From an uncultured Alphaproteobacteria bacterium (lineage in GTDB: Bacteria > Pseudomonadota > Alphaproteobacteria > Sphingomonadales > Sphingomonadaceae): a stretch of DNA of 64,000 nt. The stretch covers positions 85,288-149,287 of the forward strand of contig CAWHQE010000001.1 in assembly GCA_963831485.1 (NCBI GenBank), read 5' to 3'. The notes beneath the pieces were generated by a model. It searched no databases. It saw only the letters and a program-made list of their open reading frames with translations, and had not been told where the DNA came from. Of this stretch, positions 11,263 to 22,718 are shown piece by piece. The translations under genes and the position numbers were made by a program. Position 1 is the stretch's first letter, and each line of letters opens with the position of its first letter.

Positions 11263-12045
11263 ATGCTTCTCGCCATTGACGCCGGCAACACGAACGTCGT
11301 CTTCGCGCTCGTCGATAGCGGGGAGATCAAGGCACGGTGGCGGATCGCTACGGACCCGCGGCACACCGCCGACCAATATGCCGTGTGGCTTCACCAACTG
11401 CTCGATCTAGAGGGCTTTCCGAAGGATGTTGTCACCGGCGTGGTGATCGGGACGGTTGTCCCTCGTGCGCTCCACAATCTCGAAGTGCTCGCGAGGAAAT
11501 ATTTTCGGGCTGAGCCCTTGGTAGCAGGGCAGGGAACGCTGACCTGGCCGATCGACCTCGATGTCGATGAGCCGCAGAATGTCGGCGCAGACCGAGCGCT
11601 GAACGCGATCGCTGCTCACGCCAAATATCCCGCCGACCTGATCGTCATCGACTTCGGCACGGCAACGACCTTCGACGTCGTGGATTCGTCCGGTGCCTAC
11701 AAAGGCGGGATCATCGCGCCCGGCATCAACCTGTCGCTCGACGCGCTGGTGAACGCCGCCGCGAAGCTCCCGCGCATCGCGATCGAAGCGCCAGCGAACA
11801 ATCTCTCGGTTATCGGTCGCACTACGCAGGACCAGATGCTGATCGGGATCTACTGGGGTTATGTCGCAATGATGGAAGGACTGGTCGAACGGATGAAGCG
11901 GGAGTTGGGACGACCCGTCACGGTCATCGCAACGGGCGGCCTCGCCGACCTGTTCGACAAGCACACTAACCTGTTCGACGCGATTGAGCCCGACCTCACC
12001 ATACAGGGGTTAAGCCTGCTGCACGGCATGGCGGCCACGAAATGA
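11263..12045 (+). CDS. coaX: Type III pantothenate kinase
   Basis: [22 protein letters not shown] and ATGG motifs. Confidence 0.95.
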   Translation: MLLAIDAGNTNVVFALVDSGEIKARWRIATDPRHTADQYAVWLHQLLDLEGFPKDVVTGVVIGTVVPRALHNLEVLARKYFRAEPLVAGQGTLTWPIDLDVDEPQNVGADRALNAIAAHAKYPADLIVIDFGTATTFDVVDSSGAYKGGIIAPGINLSLDALVNAAAKLPRIAIEAPANNLSVIGRTTQDQMLIGIYWGYVAMMEGLVERMKRELGRPVTVIATGGLADLFDKHTNLFDAIEPDLTIQGLSLLHGMAATK

Positions 12046-13682
12046 TCCCCGGCGAAGAGCTTCTGTTCGTCGCCCTCGGCGGCTCCGGCGAGATCGGCAT
12101 GAACGTCAATCTCTATGGCTGCCGCGGCCAGTGGATCATGGTCGATCTCGGCCTCAACTTCGCCGGCCCCGACTATCCCGGGATCGAGCTGATCCTTCCC
12201 GATCTCGACTTTATCGAGAACCAGCAGGAACGGCTTGCGGGAATCATCCTCACCCACGGCCACGAGGACCATATCGGCGCTCTTCCATACCTCGCCGACG
12301 AGCTTAAATCGCCGCTCTATGCGACTCCGTTCACCGCCGGCTTGATCGCCGGCAAGCTCGAGGAGGAAGGGCTTACCGGTCAGGTACAACTCAATGTCGT
12401 GGAGCGCGGCGGGACGATCGAGCTCGGGCCGTTCAAGGTGAGCTTCGTCGCTCTTTCGCACTCTATTCCCGAAGGCAACGGCCTGCTCATCGAAACGCCC
12501 TTCGGCAACGTGTTTCACACGGGCGACTGGAAGATCGACGAAACTCCGGTGCTCGGTTCTGCGCCGGATACGGACGTCCTGACCGAGATCGGCGACCGCG
12601 GTGTGCTCGCGCTGGTGTGCGATTCGACAAACGTCTTCCAGGACAAGCCTTCAGGATCGGAAGAGAGCGTCCATGAGGGGCTTCTCGCCCAGGTGATGAT
12701 GGCGAACGGCCGCGTCGCAGTCACGACCTTCGCGTCCAACGCCGCGCGCCTTCAAACGATCGGACGCGTCGCTCGCGAGTTTGGGCGGCGGGTTTGCATC
12801 GCAGGCCGGTCGCTGGAACGAATCCTGCGCGTGGCTCAGACCACTGGTTATCTCCAGGACTTTCCGCCGCCGATCAGTTTCGATGAAGCGATGCGCCTGC
12901 CGAAGCAGGACGCGCTGATCATCGCCACGGGCGGGCAGGGAGAGCCCCGTGCAGCGCTCGGACGCATTGCCTCCGGAACGCACGAGCTGAAGATTGGCGA
13001 GGGCGACACGGTGATCTTCTCGTCCCGGATCATCCCGGGGAACGAAGTCGCGATCGGCCGTATCATGAATCAGCTGTCGGACCTCGGAGTGCAGATCGTC
13101 ACCGAGAAGCAGGCGCACGTCCACGTATCCGGGCATCCCGGGCGCCCCGAGCTGATCCAAATGTACAAATGGGTGCGGCCCGAGATCGTCGTGCCTGTGC
13201 ACGGCGAGCCGCGGCATCTCGCGGAGCACGCCCGCGTGGCGCTCGATCACGGCGTCGCGCACGCGATCGTGCAGAAGAATGGTGACGTCATTCGCCTTGC
13301 GCCCGGCGAACCGAAAAAGGTCGATGAGGTGCGCGTCGGCCGGCTCGTCCTCGACGGCGATGTAATCCTTCCGGCCGATGGGACGACGGTGAACGAGCGG
13401 CGCAGGATCGGGTACGGCGGGCTGATCACCGTCGCCGTTCCGGTTGGCGACGACGGCGCGCTGGCCGGCAAGCCCGTCATCCGGCCGTTCGGCGTCCCCG
13501 TCGAAGAGGACCGCGACGATTTCATCGCCGACGCAACCGATGCGGCGACGCGTGCCTACAGCCCCGGCGTGGACGAAGATCGCGTTCGCGAATCGGTCAG
13601 GCTTGCGGTCCGCCGCTGCGCGACCTTGTGGACGGGCAAGAAGCCGCTAGTGGAGGTGATGCTGCTTCAAGTCGCCGCATGA
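12042..13682 (+). CDS. rnj: Ribonuclease J
   Basis: [24 protein letters not shown] and PVHGE motifs. Confidence 0.94.
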   Translation: MIPGEELLFVALGGSGEIGMNVNLYGCRGQWIMVDLGLNFAGPDYPGIELILPDLDFIENQQERLAGIILTHGHEDHIGALPYLADELKSPLYATPFTAGLIAGKLEEEGLTGQVQLNVVERGGTIELGPFKVSFVALSHSIPEGNGLLIETPFGNVFHTGDWKIDETPVLGSAPDTDVLTEIGDRGVLALVCDSTNVFQDKPSGSEESVHEGLLAQVMMANGRVAVTTFASNAARLQTIGRVAREFGRRVCIAGRSLERILRVAQTTGYLQDFPPPISFDEAMRLPKQDALIIATGGQGEPRAALGRIASGTHELKIGEGDTVIFSSRIIPGNEVAIGRIMNQLSDLGVQIVTEKQAHVHVSGHPGRPELIQMYKWVRPEIVVPVHGEPRHLAEHARVALDHGVAHAIVQKNGDVIRLAPGEPKKVDEVRVGRLVLDGDVILPADGTTVNERRRIGYGGLITVAVPVGDDGALAGKPVIRPFGVPVEEDRDDFIADATDAATRAYSPGVDEDRVRESVRLAVRRCATLWTGKKPLVEVMLLQVAA

Positions 13683-13966
13683 ACTTCACGTCGATCATCG
13701 CCATCTATTTCCTGTTCTTCTGCTTCAGCGCCTTCGTGCTGTTGCCGTTCGGCGTGCGGACGACCGAGGAGATCGGCGAGAAGAAAATACCCGGCCAGGC
13801 GGAAAGCGCGCCGCACCGCTTCGATCTCAAACGCCATCTATCGAGCGCAGCGATCGTCGCTGCCATCCTGTTCGGACTCTACTACCTGAATTACGTCAAC
13901 GGCTGGATCACAGCCAACGATCTCGACTTCTACAACCCGCCGCTCAACCAGCAGTCGAACAGCTAA
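13679..13966 (+). CDS. DUF1467-like small membrane protein
   Basis: LLPFGVRT...PGQAESAP signature; ATG 13679 overlaps rnj stop. Confidence 0.8.
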   Translation: MNFTSIIAIYFLFFCFSAFVLLPFGVRTTEEIGEKKIPGQAESAPHRFDLKRHLSSAAIVAAILFGLYYLNYVNGWITANDLDFYNPPLNQQSNS

Positions 13967-16271
13967 CGGCGCTTTTCGACCACCTGCGCGAGCGCGGCGT
14001 AAAGCTTGCCCATATCCGACGACATCAATGTGACCGCGATCATCCCGCCGTCGCGTTCGGCGAGGACACGGCGCAGCATGGCTTCGAAATCATGGACGTA
14101 GCGGTTCACCGAGGACTGGAACTCAGGCTCGCTTTCGTAATGTGATTTGATCGACCGCGTTTCGCTGGCGTCCATCAGACGTACGGCGCGCCTGGTGAAG
14201 ACGCCGCGGTTGCCCTTCAGATAGGCGCCCCACGCTTTGTCGTCGATTTCGTCGGACAGGATCTTGCCAACGTCGATCGACGCGGAATGCATCGAGTTCG
14301 ATCAGCAGCGAAACACGGCGGGCGAAAGCCTCGCTGTCCTTCTCGCGCTGCTCGTCGCGGGTCGCTTCGATATGCTGTTCGAGCGCCGACGCGCTCTGGC
14401 CGAGCGACAGCACCTGCTGAGTCAGACGGTCCGATGCGGCACGCGCCGATTCGACCGCGCGGGCCGCGACCGTTTCCACCTCCCGCAGTCGCTCTTCGAT
14501 CTCCTCACGGATCACGCGCTCCAAAGCTGAGCGAGTCTCGTCGGACAACTTCACGACGCTCGATGGGATGACTGCCTCAATCGCTTCGCGGGCGCGCTCG
14601 GCGGCGTGGGCGGCCGCGTCCTTCACATGGACCAGCGCGGTGACGAGCGCCGGCGCCGTTTCGGCGCTGAGACTGGCCGCTTCGCGTTCGACCTCCGAGA
14701 GCATCGACGAAAGTTCGGTGAGCTTGCTCTGCGCGTTGCCGACGCCCTCATCGACGGTGGCGAGGAGGGCGGTGAAGCGATTCTGTTGCTCGCCGATGGT
14801 CTCTTCTGTCTCCGACAGGCGCTGACCCGCCTCGACGGTCGCTTCGCGAATGCGCTCGATTTCGGGGCGCACCGAAGTCGCCGCTTCGGACAACCGGTCA
14901 GCGCCGCCCTGGGCCTCGCCGATGGCCGTCCCGAGGTTTTCGCGGATTTCGTTGGTCAGCCGGTCGATGCTCTCGCTGAGGGTCGCGGTCCGTTCCACAA
15001 TCGAGCCAATCGCCGATTCCTGCGAGATCGCCTGAGAAGCGAGCGTGTCGAGTTCGCTGCGCGCGCGGCTGAGCAATTCGATGAACTTGTTCGCACGCTG
15101 GTCGCCATTTGAAGCGAGCTCCGTGAACCTCTGGTCGATCGCTGCCAGGCCGCGATCGATTTCCGCGATCATCAGGTGCGAAGCGCGGTCCTGCTCAGCG
15201 ACTCGTGCCGACAGGTTTTCGAGCGAACTGCTCGCGTGAGCGACATTGGCGGCCAGCGATTCCGCGGCGTCCATTCCTGCTCGGCCAAGACCGGCAGACG
15301 CCTGTTCGACGAGCGCAGCGACCGCCGCGGACTGAACGTCGATTCCGCCGCGGATCTCCTCGAGCGTCGCTGAGGTCCGCTCAAGCAGCGTCTCAAGAGT
15401 GGAGGACATCCCCGCATGCGCTTCACCGAGCCGAGCCGTGGCGGTGGTTCCGGCAATATCGATTTCAGCAAGTCGAGTGGCGAGCCGGTCCGTCGCCTCG
15501 GCAATCAGCTGGTCCGCTTCGCGGGTCCGTTCGGTGAGGTGACCGACATAATTGCCGAACACCTCGGCCTTCTCGACGGATTCGCTACCGAGCGCGCGGA
15601 TTTGCTCAGCCAGCGCGCGCGTTGTCTCTTCGGCGCTCGGCAAATCCTCGAGTAGGACGGCGACATCATTTCGTGCCGATTTCGGCCGCGCGGTCAAGCG
15701 CTTCGCCGTGCCGCTTCAGCCTCTCGCTGCTGTTGTCGAACTGCTGGGTGATCCCGCCAAGCTTTCCGGTCGCATCATCGCCGAGCTGCATCAGATTCTG
15801 CGCCATCATCGTCAGCTCGGAGCGACTCTCGCTGATCCGCTGAGACAGGACTTCGAGCAAAGCCTCGAGCGACTGAGCTTCGCCACGCATAGCGATGACG
15901 GAGCGAGTGAAGCGCTCTGCCTCCTTACGGCGGGTGCGACCGAAGATCAGCCAGAGAAGTGCGAAAAGCGCGAGCGGCCCCGCCGCGATCGCCAGCCATT
16001 GGGCGACGATCGGCGAGGTAAGCGGTTGCCCGGAGAGGGTGCGTCCGGCAGACCAGGCCGAATAACCAAGCCACACCGCCGACAGAGCGATCAACGCGAT
16101 CGCAAGAACCTGCCGCCCACCTGCTCCGAGATCGGCGGACAATTCCTCAGTAGGCTGGAGCCACTGCTCTTCTTCCATCGAACCGTCGGGAAGGACGTCC
16201 GCGCTCGTCAATTCGAGGGGCTCGAGGGAATCGGTCAACGCATGCTCAGCACGCTTGGGGATCGGTGTCAT
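13963..16271 (-). CDS. About 768-aa membrane-anchored coiled-coil protein (TipN/GPR-like), split by two +1 indels near 15681 and 14296
   Basis: Three consecutive ORFs join into one frame after removing one base at each site (DRAAE-SARNDV; LLIE-SMHSASIDV). Two N-terminal TM helices, long helical repeats, C-terminal VNRYVHDFEAML...SSDMGKLY domain. Confidence 0.75.
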
Positions 16272-16354
16272 CGCAATACAGACATTACCACCTTTGAAGC
16301 CTCGCGAAAGCGGTTAGAGAAGGGCTTCGAGGCGGGGAGGGAACGGATAAGCGA

Positions 16355-17536
16355 ATGACGGTCGGCGCGCTGATCGGGGCCTATCAGGAAGATGACAGTG
16401 GCGGTCTTCGGGCACTGCTTCCGCTGGCTGGAAGGACCCTGCTCGAATATCAGGTCCGCTGCGCCGCCGCTGCAGGAACCGCGCCGGTCGTGATCGTCGT
16501 CGAGCGAGTACCTCAGGCGCTCCAGGATGCGTTCGAACGGCTTCGCCAGGATGGCGTTGCGGTCTTTGCGGCGAGCGACGTCAGCGAAGCCCTGAGCCGC
16601 TTCGAAGCAGGCTCGATGATCCTGCTTGTAGGTGACGGCATTGCGCCGCCGGCGGACTTAGTGGCCGCATTGGCGAACGAACCGGAACCAGCCGTCGCGA
16701 CCGTACCAGACGATGCCGCGCACCAATCGTTCGAACGCATCGACGCCGAATCGAGGTGGGCCGGGGTGGCGCTGGTCGATTCGCATTTGCTCGGCTCAAC
16801 GGCCGCCATGCTTGGAGATTGGGACCTTCAATCCACCCTTTTGCGGCGGACACTTCAGGAAGGAGCGCTTCGTCTCCCGGCGAACGACGTCGGCGGCGAA
16901 CCCCTCATCGCCGAGACAGGCGAAGACCTGTACGACTTCCAGCGCAAGCTCGTCGTCAGCTCGCGCGGCGCCCGTCCGGACTGGGTCAGCCGCTATCTTC
17001 TTCCACCAATCGAAGAGCTTGCGACCGAGCGGCTAATGGAGAGCGGAGTCAGGCCGCCGTGGCTGATGTGGGCAGCGCTCGGCCTTACGCTTGGCGGAGC
17101 GCTCTGCTTCACCCGCGGATGGCTCGGCGCCGGGCTCGGCTTGCTTATCGCATCAATGCCGCTCGATCTCATTGCCAACCGGCTTGCTGGCCTGCGCCTG
17201 AAACCTCTGCCGGTCCGAATGCTCAGCCGGCTGGCCCTGTGGCCCGCCGCGGGAATCGCCCTCCTCGCACTCGGCTGGTGGGAAATGGGCCATGTCAGCG
17301 GCTGGGGTGCACTCGTCGGCGCGATCGGGGCGGGCGCGTTCGCCGAAGCGGCGCGAATCGAGCGATCGTCGATGCAGGACAGCGAGCCTTGGTTGATCTC
17401 ACGCCGAAGCGCGATCGTTCTTGCCGTTCCCTTTGCTCTCGCGGGCGCCTGGACAAGCTATCTTGTGGTGCTTTCGGTTTACGCGCTGGTTTCCTTCTTC
17501 ATTGTCCAGCATGTGCGCCATCAGTCATCAAGTTGA
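16355..17536 (+). CDS. Nucleotidyltransferase-like N-terminal domain plus multi-TM C-terminal domain, function unknown
   Basis: RALLPLAGRTLLEYQV resembles sugar-nucleotidyltransferase N-termini; several hydrophobic segments in the C-terminal half. Confidence 0.6.
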   Translation: MTVGALIGAYQEDDSGGLRALLPLAGRTLLEYQVRCAAAAGTAPVVIVVERVPQALQDAFERLRQDGVAVFAASDVSEALSRFEAGSMILLVGDGIAPPADLVAALANEPEPAVATVPDDAAHQSFERIDAESRWAGVALVDSHLLGSTAAMLGDWDLQSTLLRRTLQEGALRLPANDVGGEPLIAETGEDLYDFQRKLVVSSRGARPDWVSRYLLPPIEELATERLMESGVRPPWLMWAALGLTLGGALCFTRGWLGAGLGLLIASMPLDLIANRLAGLRLKPLPVRMLSRLALWPAAGIALLALGWWEMGHVSGWGALVGAIGAGAFAEAARIERSSMQDSEPWLISRRSAIVLAVPFALAGAWTSYLVVLSVYALVSFFIVQHVRHQSSS

Positions 17537-17548
17537 CGCGAAGTTAAC
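17533..17548 (+). promoter_or_regulatory. Near-consensus CtrA box TTGA-N7-TTAAC
   Basis: TTGA cgcgaag TTAAC, one mismatch to TTAA-N7-TTAAC, 25 nt upstream of the DUF2336-like gene; the first half overlaps a stop codon. Confidence 0.45.
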
Positions 17549-17573
17549 GGAAATCGGATAACGCAGTCGCGTA

Positions 17574-18614
17574 ATGATGCCTGAAGAGTGGCCGATTATC
17601 GCTTCGGCAGAGCCGAATGCGCCCGCGCGCGTCGCGGGCCGTGGGCGCCTGTCCACGGTCCGGGCCGATTTTTTCCTCAATCCCGCCGAGCGCCTGACGG
17701 AACAGGAACGGGCGCTGATGACTGCCATGCTGCACTGCCTTGTGGGGGATATCAGCGGCGAGATCCGTGCTGCGCTGCCGGCCGGTTGGGCGGGCGCTAA
17801 TGACGATGAGGCAGCAACCGTCAATTCCTTGACCAGGGCGGGCCTGCTCGATGACGCTGAGCTGATGGCGCTACTCCTGCGCCGCGCCGACGAAGAGCGG
17901 ATTGGGAGCGCTGCCCGAGCACGGAGTGGTCGCCGCGAGGCGCGCGCTGTCCAGGGACTCGTCAGCTACCACGACTCGACGGTGTCTGCCGCGGCAATGG
18001 CGCTGATCCTTGCGCGCGGCAGGCGCCGCGACCGCTTCGGTCAATGCCTGATCGCTTTCGACGATCTCTCGACCGTGTCATCGCAGAGGCTAGTCCACGC
18101 CGTCGCTGCAGCTTCGCGCCGCGATGTCGCCTCCGGATATGGCGCCGCTGCGGCCGATGCCGAGCTTTCAGCCGCGGCTTCACGGCTCCTCGACAAGCAT
18201 GATCAGGGGCGTGGCGTCGAAGCGCTTACTGCTGCGCTTGTTGCGGTTCTCGACGAAGCCGGCGGACTATCTGACGAACTACTTCTCGCCTGCGCTCAGG
18301 AGGGCGAAGTTGGATTCCTCGCTCAGGTGCTCGCCCGAAGGGCCGGCATCAGGGGCACCGTTGCGATGGACGAGCTTCTCGCCGGCGAGCCGGGTCGCTT
18401 GATGGCGCTGCTTCGCCTCGCCGGCTTTTCGCGCGAGCTCTGCGCTGGCCTGCTGGCAAGCCTCGGCGACCTTTTGGGAATCGATGATCCGGGATCTGCG
18501 ATCGGGCATTTCGATGCCATGACCGCCGAGGAGATTGGCGCAACGGCCAGCTGGCTCTCGGCGACCGCTTACTACCGCGCTGCGCTCGAAGCGTTGGGAA
18601 GCCGCAATGGCTAG
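17574..18614 (+). CDS. DUF2336-like all-helical protein
   Basis: 346-aa Ala/Leu-rich helical ORF with DFFLNPAERLTEQERAL and LLLRRADEER segments, which I recall from the sphingomonad DUF2336 family. Confidence 0.55.
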   Translation: MMPEEWPIIASAEPNAPARVAGRGRLSTVRADFFLNPAERLTEQERALMTAMLHCLVGDISGEIRAALPAGWAGANDDEAATVNSLTRAGLLDDAELMALLLRRADEERIGSAARARSGRREARAVQGLVSYHDSTVSAAAMALILARGRRRDRFGQCLIAFDDLSTVSSQRLVHAVAAASRRDVASGYGAAAADAELSAAASRLLDKHDQGRGVEALTAALVAVLDEAGGLSDELLLACAQEGEVGFLAQVLARRAGIRGTVAMDELLAGEPGRLMALLRLAGFSRELCAGLLASLGDLLGIDDPGSAIGHFDAMTAEEIGATASWLSATAYYRAALEALGSRNG

Positions 18615-19935
18615 TGCTCCATCCGAACCCCGCGCGGTCGCCGGACGGCTCGACAGCTTCGGGCGGCTCATCGCGGCCGACCCCGAGCTTGAATCGCTCC
18701 AGCGGGAAGCTGGTTCGGAAGTCGGCCAGATGCTTGCTTTGCCGCAGGTCGCCGCAGTGGCCCAGCTGGCTCGTAAGCTTGGCACTTCTGTCGGGCGCCC
18801 AGCTGTCGCTGCCTCGGCTGACAACGACATCGAAATTTGGGTCAATGCAACGCCTGAAGGCGACGAGATCGTCTTGTCGCTTGAGGGCTGGACGGTACGT
18901 CCTGCGGCCGGTCCCCGTCTTGCAACGATCCTCGGCGGCGGCAGTGAAGCCGCCAGCGCAGCCGCGCAGAACGAATGGGCGACCGACGAGGAGCTGCGGA
19001 TCATCTCCATCTCATCGGAATTTGCTGAGGTGCTCGGAATCGATGTCGCAGAGGCTGCCGGTGCACCGCTCACGCGCATCGTCCGCCTCGAAGAGGATGC
19101 AAGCGGCGAAATGCCGCTGATCAACGCGCTGGCGGGCAGGCGCAACTTTTCGGGCCAACGCGGACGCAGCCGATCGAACGAAGCCAGCATCGTGCTCAGC
19201 GGCGAAGTCGTGACGGCGGCCGATGGCTCCTTTGCCGGCTTCCGCGGGACAGCCGCAAGCGAGACGGACGCTAGCGCGCAGGCAATCACCCGTTCGCCGG
19301 GCTTCGACCAGGCGTTGGACGAATTGCTGCGCTCCCCGATCGATCGGATCATCGAGAGCGCTGAAAAGATCGTCGCCCGCTCGGACGGGCCGCTGCGCGG
19401 CGATTATGCAAATTACGGCAATGACATCGCGTCTGCTGCCCGGCATCTGCTCTCCGTACTCCGCGCGATGAGCGAAGACCCCACCCAGGTTCACGGCCTC
19501 GTCGATCTTGCGGCGCTCGCGTCCGAAGCCGTCATCATGCTCGAATCCTCGGCTGAAGATCGCGGCGTGCATATCCAGATCGATCGTTCCGAACCGCTTC
19601 GTGCTCGCGGACAGGAACGCGCGGTCATCCAGATCCTCGTGAACCTGATCGTGAACGCGATCCGCTATTCGCCCGAAGGCGCCACGGTCCGGATCAGCTT
19701 CGACAGGGTCGCGGGGGCAGCGTCGGTTATCGTTGGCGACGAAGGTCCGGGTATCGCCGCTGGTGACGAGCAGCGCATTTTCGAGCGTTTCGAGCGAGCC
19801 CAGGCCAAGGAAGCCGGCACCGGCCTCGGCCTCGCGATCTCGCGGCGGCTCGCCCGTTCGATGGGTGGCGATGTGACGCTCGACAGCGCGCCGGGCGAAG
19901 GCGCGCGCTTCACGCTCACTCTTCCGGCTGCCTAG
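18607..19935 (+). CDS. Sensor histidine kinase-like protein lacking the phospho-accepting His
   Basis: Intact N, G1, F and G2 boxes ([30 protein letters not shown]); H box reads DELLRSPI. Confidence 0.88.
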   Translation: MASAPSEPRAVAGRLDSFGRLIAADPELESLQREAGSEVGQMLALPQVAAVAQLARKLGTSVGRPAVAASADNDIEIWVNATPEGDEIVLSLEGWTVRPAAGPRLATILGGGSEAASAAAQNEWATDEELRIISISSEFAEVLGIDVAEAAGAPLTRIVRLEEDASGEMPLINALAGRRNFSGQRGRSRSNEASIVLSGEVVTAADGSFAGFRGTAASETDASAQAITRSPGFDQALDELLRSPIDRIIESAEKIVARSDGPLRGDYANYGNDIASAARHLLSVLRAMSEDPTQVHGLVDLAALASEAVIMLESSAEDRGVHIQIDRSEPLRARGQERAVIQILVNLIVNAIRYSPEGATVRISFDRVAGAASVIVGDEGPGIAAGDEQRIFERFERAQAKEAGTGLGLAISRRLARSMGGDVTLDSAPGEGARFTLTLPAA

Positions 19936-21221
19936 CCTCTCTTGTCGACCGGCACGTAGTCGCGCTGAGTAGCGCCGACATAGAGCTGGCGCGGGCGGCC
20001 TATCTTCTGATCCGGATCGGCGATCATCTCGTTCCACTGCGCGACCCACCCGACGGTGCGCGCAACAGCGAAGAGCGCGGTGAACATGTCTGTCGGGAAG
20101 CCGATCGCGTTCAGGATGACGCCCGAATAGAAATCGACATTCGGATAAAGCTTCTTATCGATGAAATAGTCGTCGTTGAGCGCGATGTGCTCGAGCTCTT
20201 TGGCCACATCGAGCACCGGGTCGGAAATGTTAAGCTCCTTGAGGACCTCGTCCGCGGTCGCCTTCATCACCTTCGCCCGCGGGTCGAAATTCTTGTAGAC
20301 GCGGTGTCCGAACCCCATCAGCCGGAACGGATCGTTCTTGTCCTTCGCCCGAGCGATATATTCGGGGATGCGTTTGGTCGTGCCGATCTCTCGCAGCATG
20401 TTGAGTGCCGCCTCGTTCGCTCCACCATGCGCGGGACCCCACAGGCAGGCGATGCCCGCTGCAATGCACGCGAATGGGTTCGCGCCCGACGATCCGGCCA
20501 GGCGGACCGTCGACGTCGACGCGTTCTGCTCATGGTCGGCATGGAGGATGAAGATCCGCCGCATCGCATTCTCGATGATGGGGTTCACCACATATGGCTC
20601 CGCCGGCACGCCGAAGGTCATCCTCAGGAAGTTGCCGGTGTAGCTGAGGTCGTTCTGCGGATAGAGGAACGGTTGCCCGATCGAATATTTGAAGGCCATC
20701 GCCGCGATCGTCGGCATCTTCGCAATCAGCCGGTGTGAAGCGATCATCCGCTGCTCGGGATCGGTGATGTCGGTGCTGTCGTGGTAGAATGACGAGAGCG
20801 CGCCGACGACTCCGCACATGACCGCCATCGGGTGCGCGTCACGCCGGAACCCGCGATAGAAGGTCGCGAGCTGCTCGTGCACCATCGTGTGGCGGCTGAT
20901 CGTGTAGACCCACTCGTCCAGCTCCTTGCCGGTCGGAAGCTCGCCGTGGACCAGTAGATAGGCGACCTCCATGAAGCTCGAATTCTCAGCGAGCTGGTCG
21001 ATGGGATAGCCGCGATGGAGCAGGATTCCCTTTTCGCCGTCGATGTAAGTGATCTTGCTTTCGCAGCTCGCCGTCGAGGTGAAGCCCGGATCGTAGGTGA
21101 ACATTCCGGTCTGGCCGTAGAGCTTGCGGATATCCACGACCTCGGGACCAACCGTCCCGTCAAGGAGCGGGTAGTCGAAATCGCCTCCCGGCGTTTTCAT
21201 CGAGACGGCTTTGTCGGTCAT
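19932..21221 (-). CDS. gltA: Citrate synthase (type II)
   Basis: [31 protein letters not shown] and YPNVDFYSG motifs. Confidence 0.98.
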   Translation of the reverse strand: MTDKAVSMKTPGGDFDYPLLDGTVGPEVVDIRKLYGQTGMFTYDPGFTSTASCESKITYIDGEKGILLHRGYPIDQLAENSSFMEVAYLLVHGELPTGKELDEWVYTISRHTMVHEQLATFYRGFRRDAHPMAVMCGVVGALSSFYHDSTDITDPEQRMIASHRLIAKMPTIAAMAFKYSIGQPFLYPQNDLSYTGNFLRMTFGVPAEPYVVNPIIENAMRRIFILHADHEQNASTSTVRLAGSSGANPFACIAAGIACLWGPAHGGANEAALNMLREIGTTKRIPEYIARAKDKNDPFRLMGFGHRVYKNFDPRAKVMKATADEVLKELNISDPVLDVAKELEHIALNDDYFIDKKLYPNVDFYSGVILNAIGFPTDMFTALFAVARTVGWVAQWNEMIADPDQKIGRPRQLYVGATQRDYVPVDKRG

Positions 21222-22615
21222 TCGGTCGGCTCCATCTGGTCGGCGATGCGGGCGAGGCTTTCGTCCCGTCCGAGCAACGCAAGAACATCAAAAATCCCCG
21301 GTGAGGTCGTGCGCCCGGTGAGGGCGGCCCGGAGGGGCTGCGCAAGCTTGCCGAGCTTTGCGCCGCTGGCCTCGGCGACTTCGCGGATGGCTGCCTCTAA
21401 GGACGCTGCATCCCAGTTCGCAAGTGCAACTAATTTTTCGTGCGCCGCAGCGAGGGTGGAACGGGCATCAGCCGTGAGCAGCGAGGCCGATGCATCGTCG
21501 ATCACAAGCGGCCGGCTGGCGAAAAGGAACCGGGCGCCCTCCGCCAATTGAAGAACCGTGTTCGCGCGCGCCTTGAGTTCCGGCATGGCCCTGACAAGAA
21601 GCGGCTTCTGATCGGCCGAAAGGCCGAGCCTCGCTGCGACAAGCTCCGCAAGGCGTTCGTCGTCGGCCTCGTGGATGTAATGGCCGTTCAAATTCTCGAG
21701 CTTCTTGAGGTCGAAGCGCGACGGCGACTTGCCGACATGGGCGAGGTCGAACCATTCGACTGCCTGCTCGCGGCTGATGATCTCGTCGTCACCATGGCCC
21801 CAGCCGAGCCGAAGCAGGTAATTGTCGACCGCCTCCGGAAGCATGCCCAGCTCGTCACGGTAGGCGTCGACGCCCAGAGCACCATGCCGCTTGCTGAGCT
21901 TGGCGCCGTCCGGACCGTGGATTAGCGGCACATGGGCGTAAGTTGGTTCGGGCCAGCCCATCGCGCGAATGATCGCCAGCTGGCGGAAAGCGTTGTTGAG
22001 ATGGTCGTCGCCGCGGATCACGTTAGTGACGCCCATGTCGTGATCGTCGACCACGACGGCAAGCATATAGGTCGGGCTTCCGTCGGAGCGCAGCAACACG
22101 AAATCGTCAATTTCGCTATTCTGGACGACGACCCGGCCCTGAACCTGGTCTTCGACCACCGTCTCGCCGTCGCGCGGCGCCTTGAGGCGGATGACGAACG
22201 GCTTGTCACCCTGTTCCTCGGTCACCTCGCGCCACGGGCTCTCAATCCGGAAGGGCCGCCGCTCGCGCTGCGCCGCCTCGCGCTGGTCCGAGAGTTCCTC
22301 CTGCGTCATGTAGCAGCGATAGGCCTGGCCGCGGTCAAGCATCCGATGTGCGATCTCGGCGTGACGGGACCAGAACTGCGATTGGTAATATTCGTGGCCG
22401 TCCCAATCGAGGCCGAGCCAATGCATTCCGTCGAGGATCGCGTCGATCGCCTCCTTGGTGGAGCGGGCCTTGTCGGTATCCTCGATCCTCAGGAGGAACT
22501 TGCCGCCGTGGTGGCGCGCATAGAGCCAGTTGAACAGCGCAGTCCGCGCCCCCCCGATATGAAGAAAGCCGGTGGGGGAGGGAGCGAAGCGGGTGACGAC
22601 GGGACGTGAACTCAT
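21218..22615 (-). CDS. gltX: Glutamate--tRNA ligase
   Basis: [14 protein letters not shown] (HIGH) and KLSKR (KMSKS) motifs; ATG 22615 preferred as start. Confidence 0.96.
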   Translation of the reverse strand: MSSRPVVTRFAPSPTGFLHIGGARTALFNWLYARHHGGKFLLRIEDTDKARSTKEAIDAILDGMHWLGLDWDGHEYYQSQFWSRHAEIAHRMLDRGQAYRCYMTQEELSDQREAAQRERRPFRIESPWREVTEEQGDKPFVIRLKAPRDGETVVEDQVQGRVVVQNSEIDDFVLLRSDGSPTYMLAVVVDDHDMGVTNVIRGDDHLNNAFRQLAIIRAMGWPEPTYAHVPLIHGPDGAKLSKRHGALGVDAYRDELGMLPEAVDNYLLRLGWGHGDDEIISREQAVEWFDLAHVGKSPSRFDLKKLENLNGHYIHEADDERLAELVAARLGLSADQKPLLVRAMPELKARANTVLQLAEGARFLFASRPLVIDDASASLLTADARSTLAAAHEKLVALANWDAASLEAAIREVAEASGAKLGKLAQPLRAALTGRTTSPGIFDVLALLGRDESLARIADQMEPTE

Positions 22616-22718
22616 GCTTGCGCTAAGGCGCGCTTTCCTCTTCTTTGTATGCTGCAATGCAATGAACGAGCGCCCCTAACATAGGGGAAGCGCCTCTTCC
22701 ACAGCGCGCTCGGAGCTA

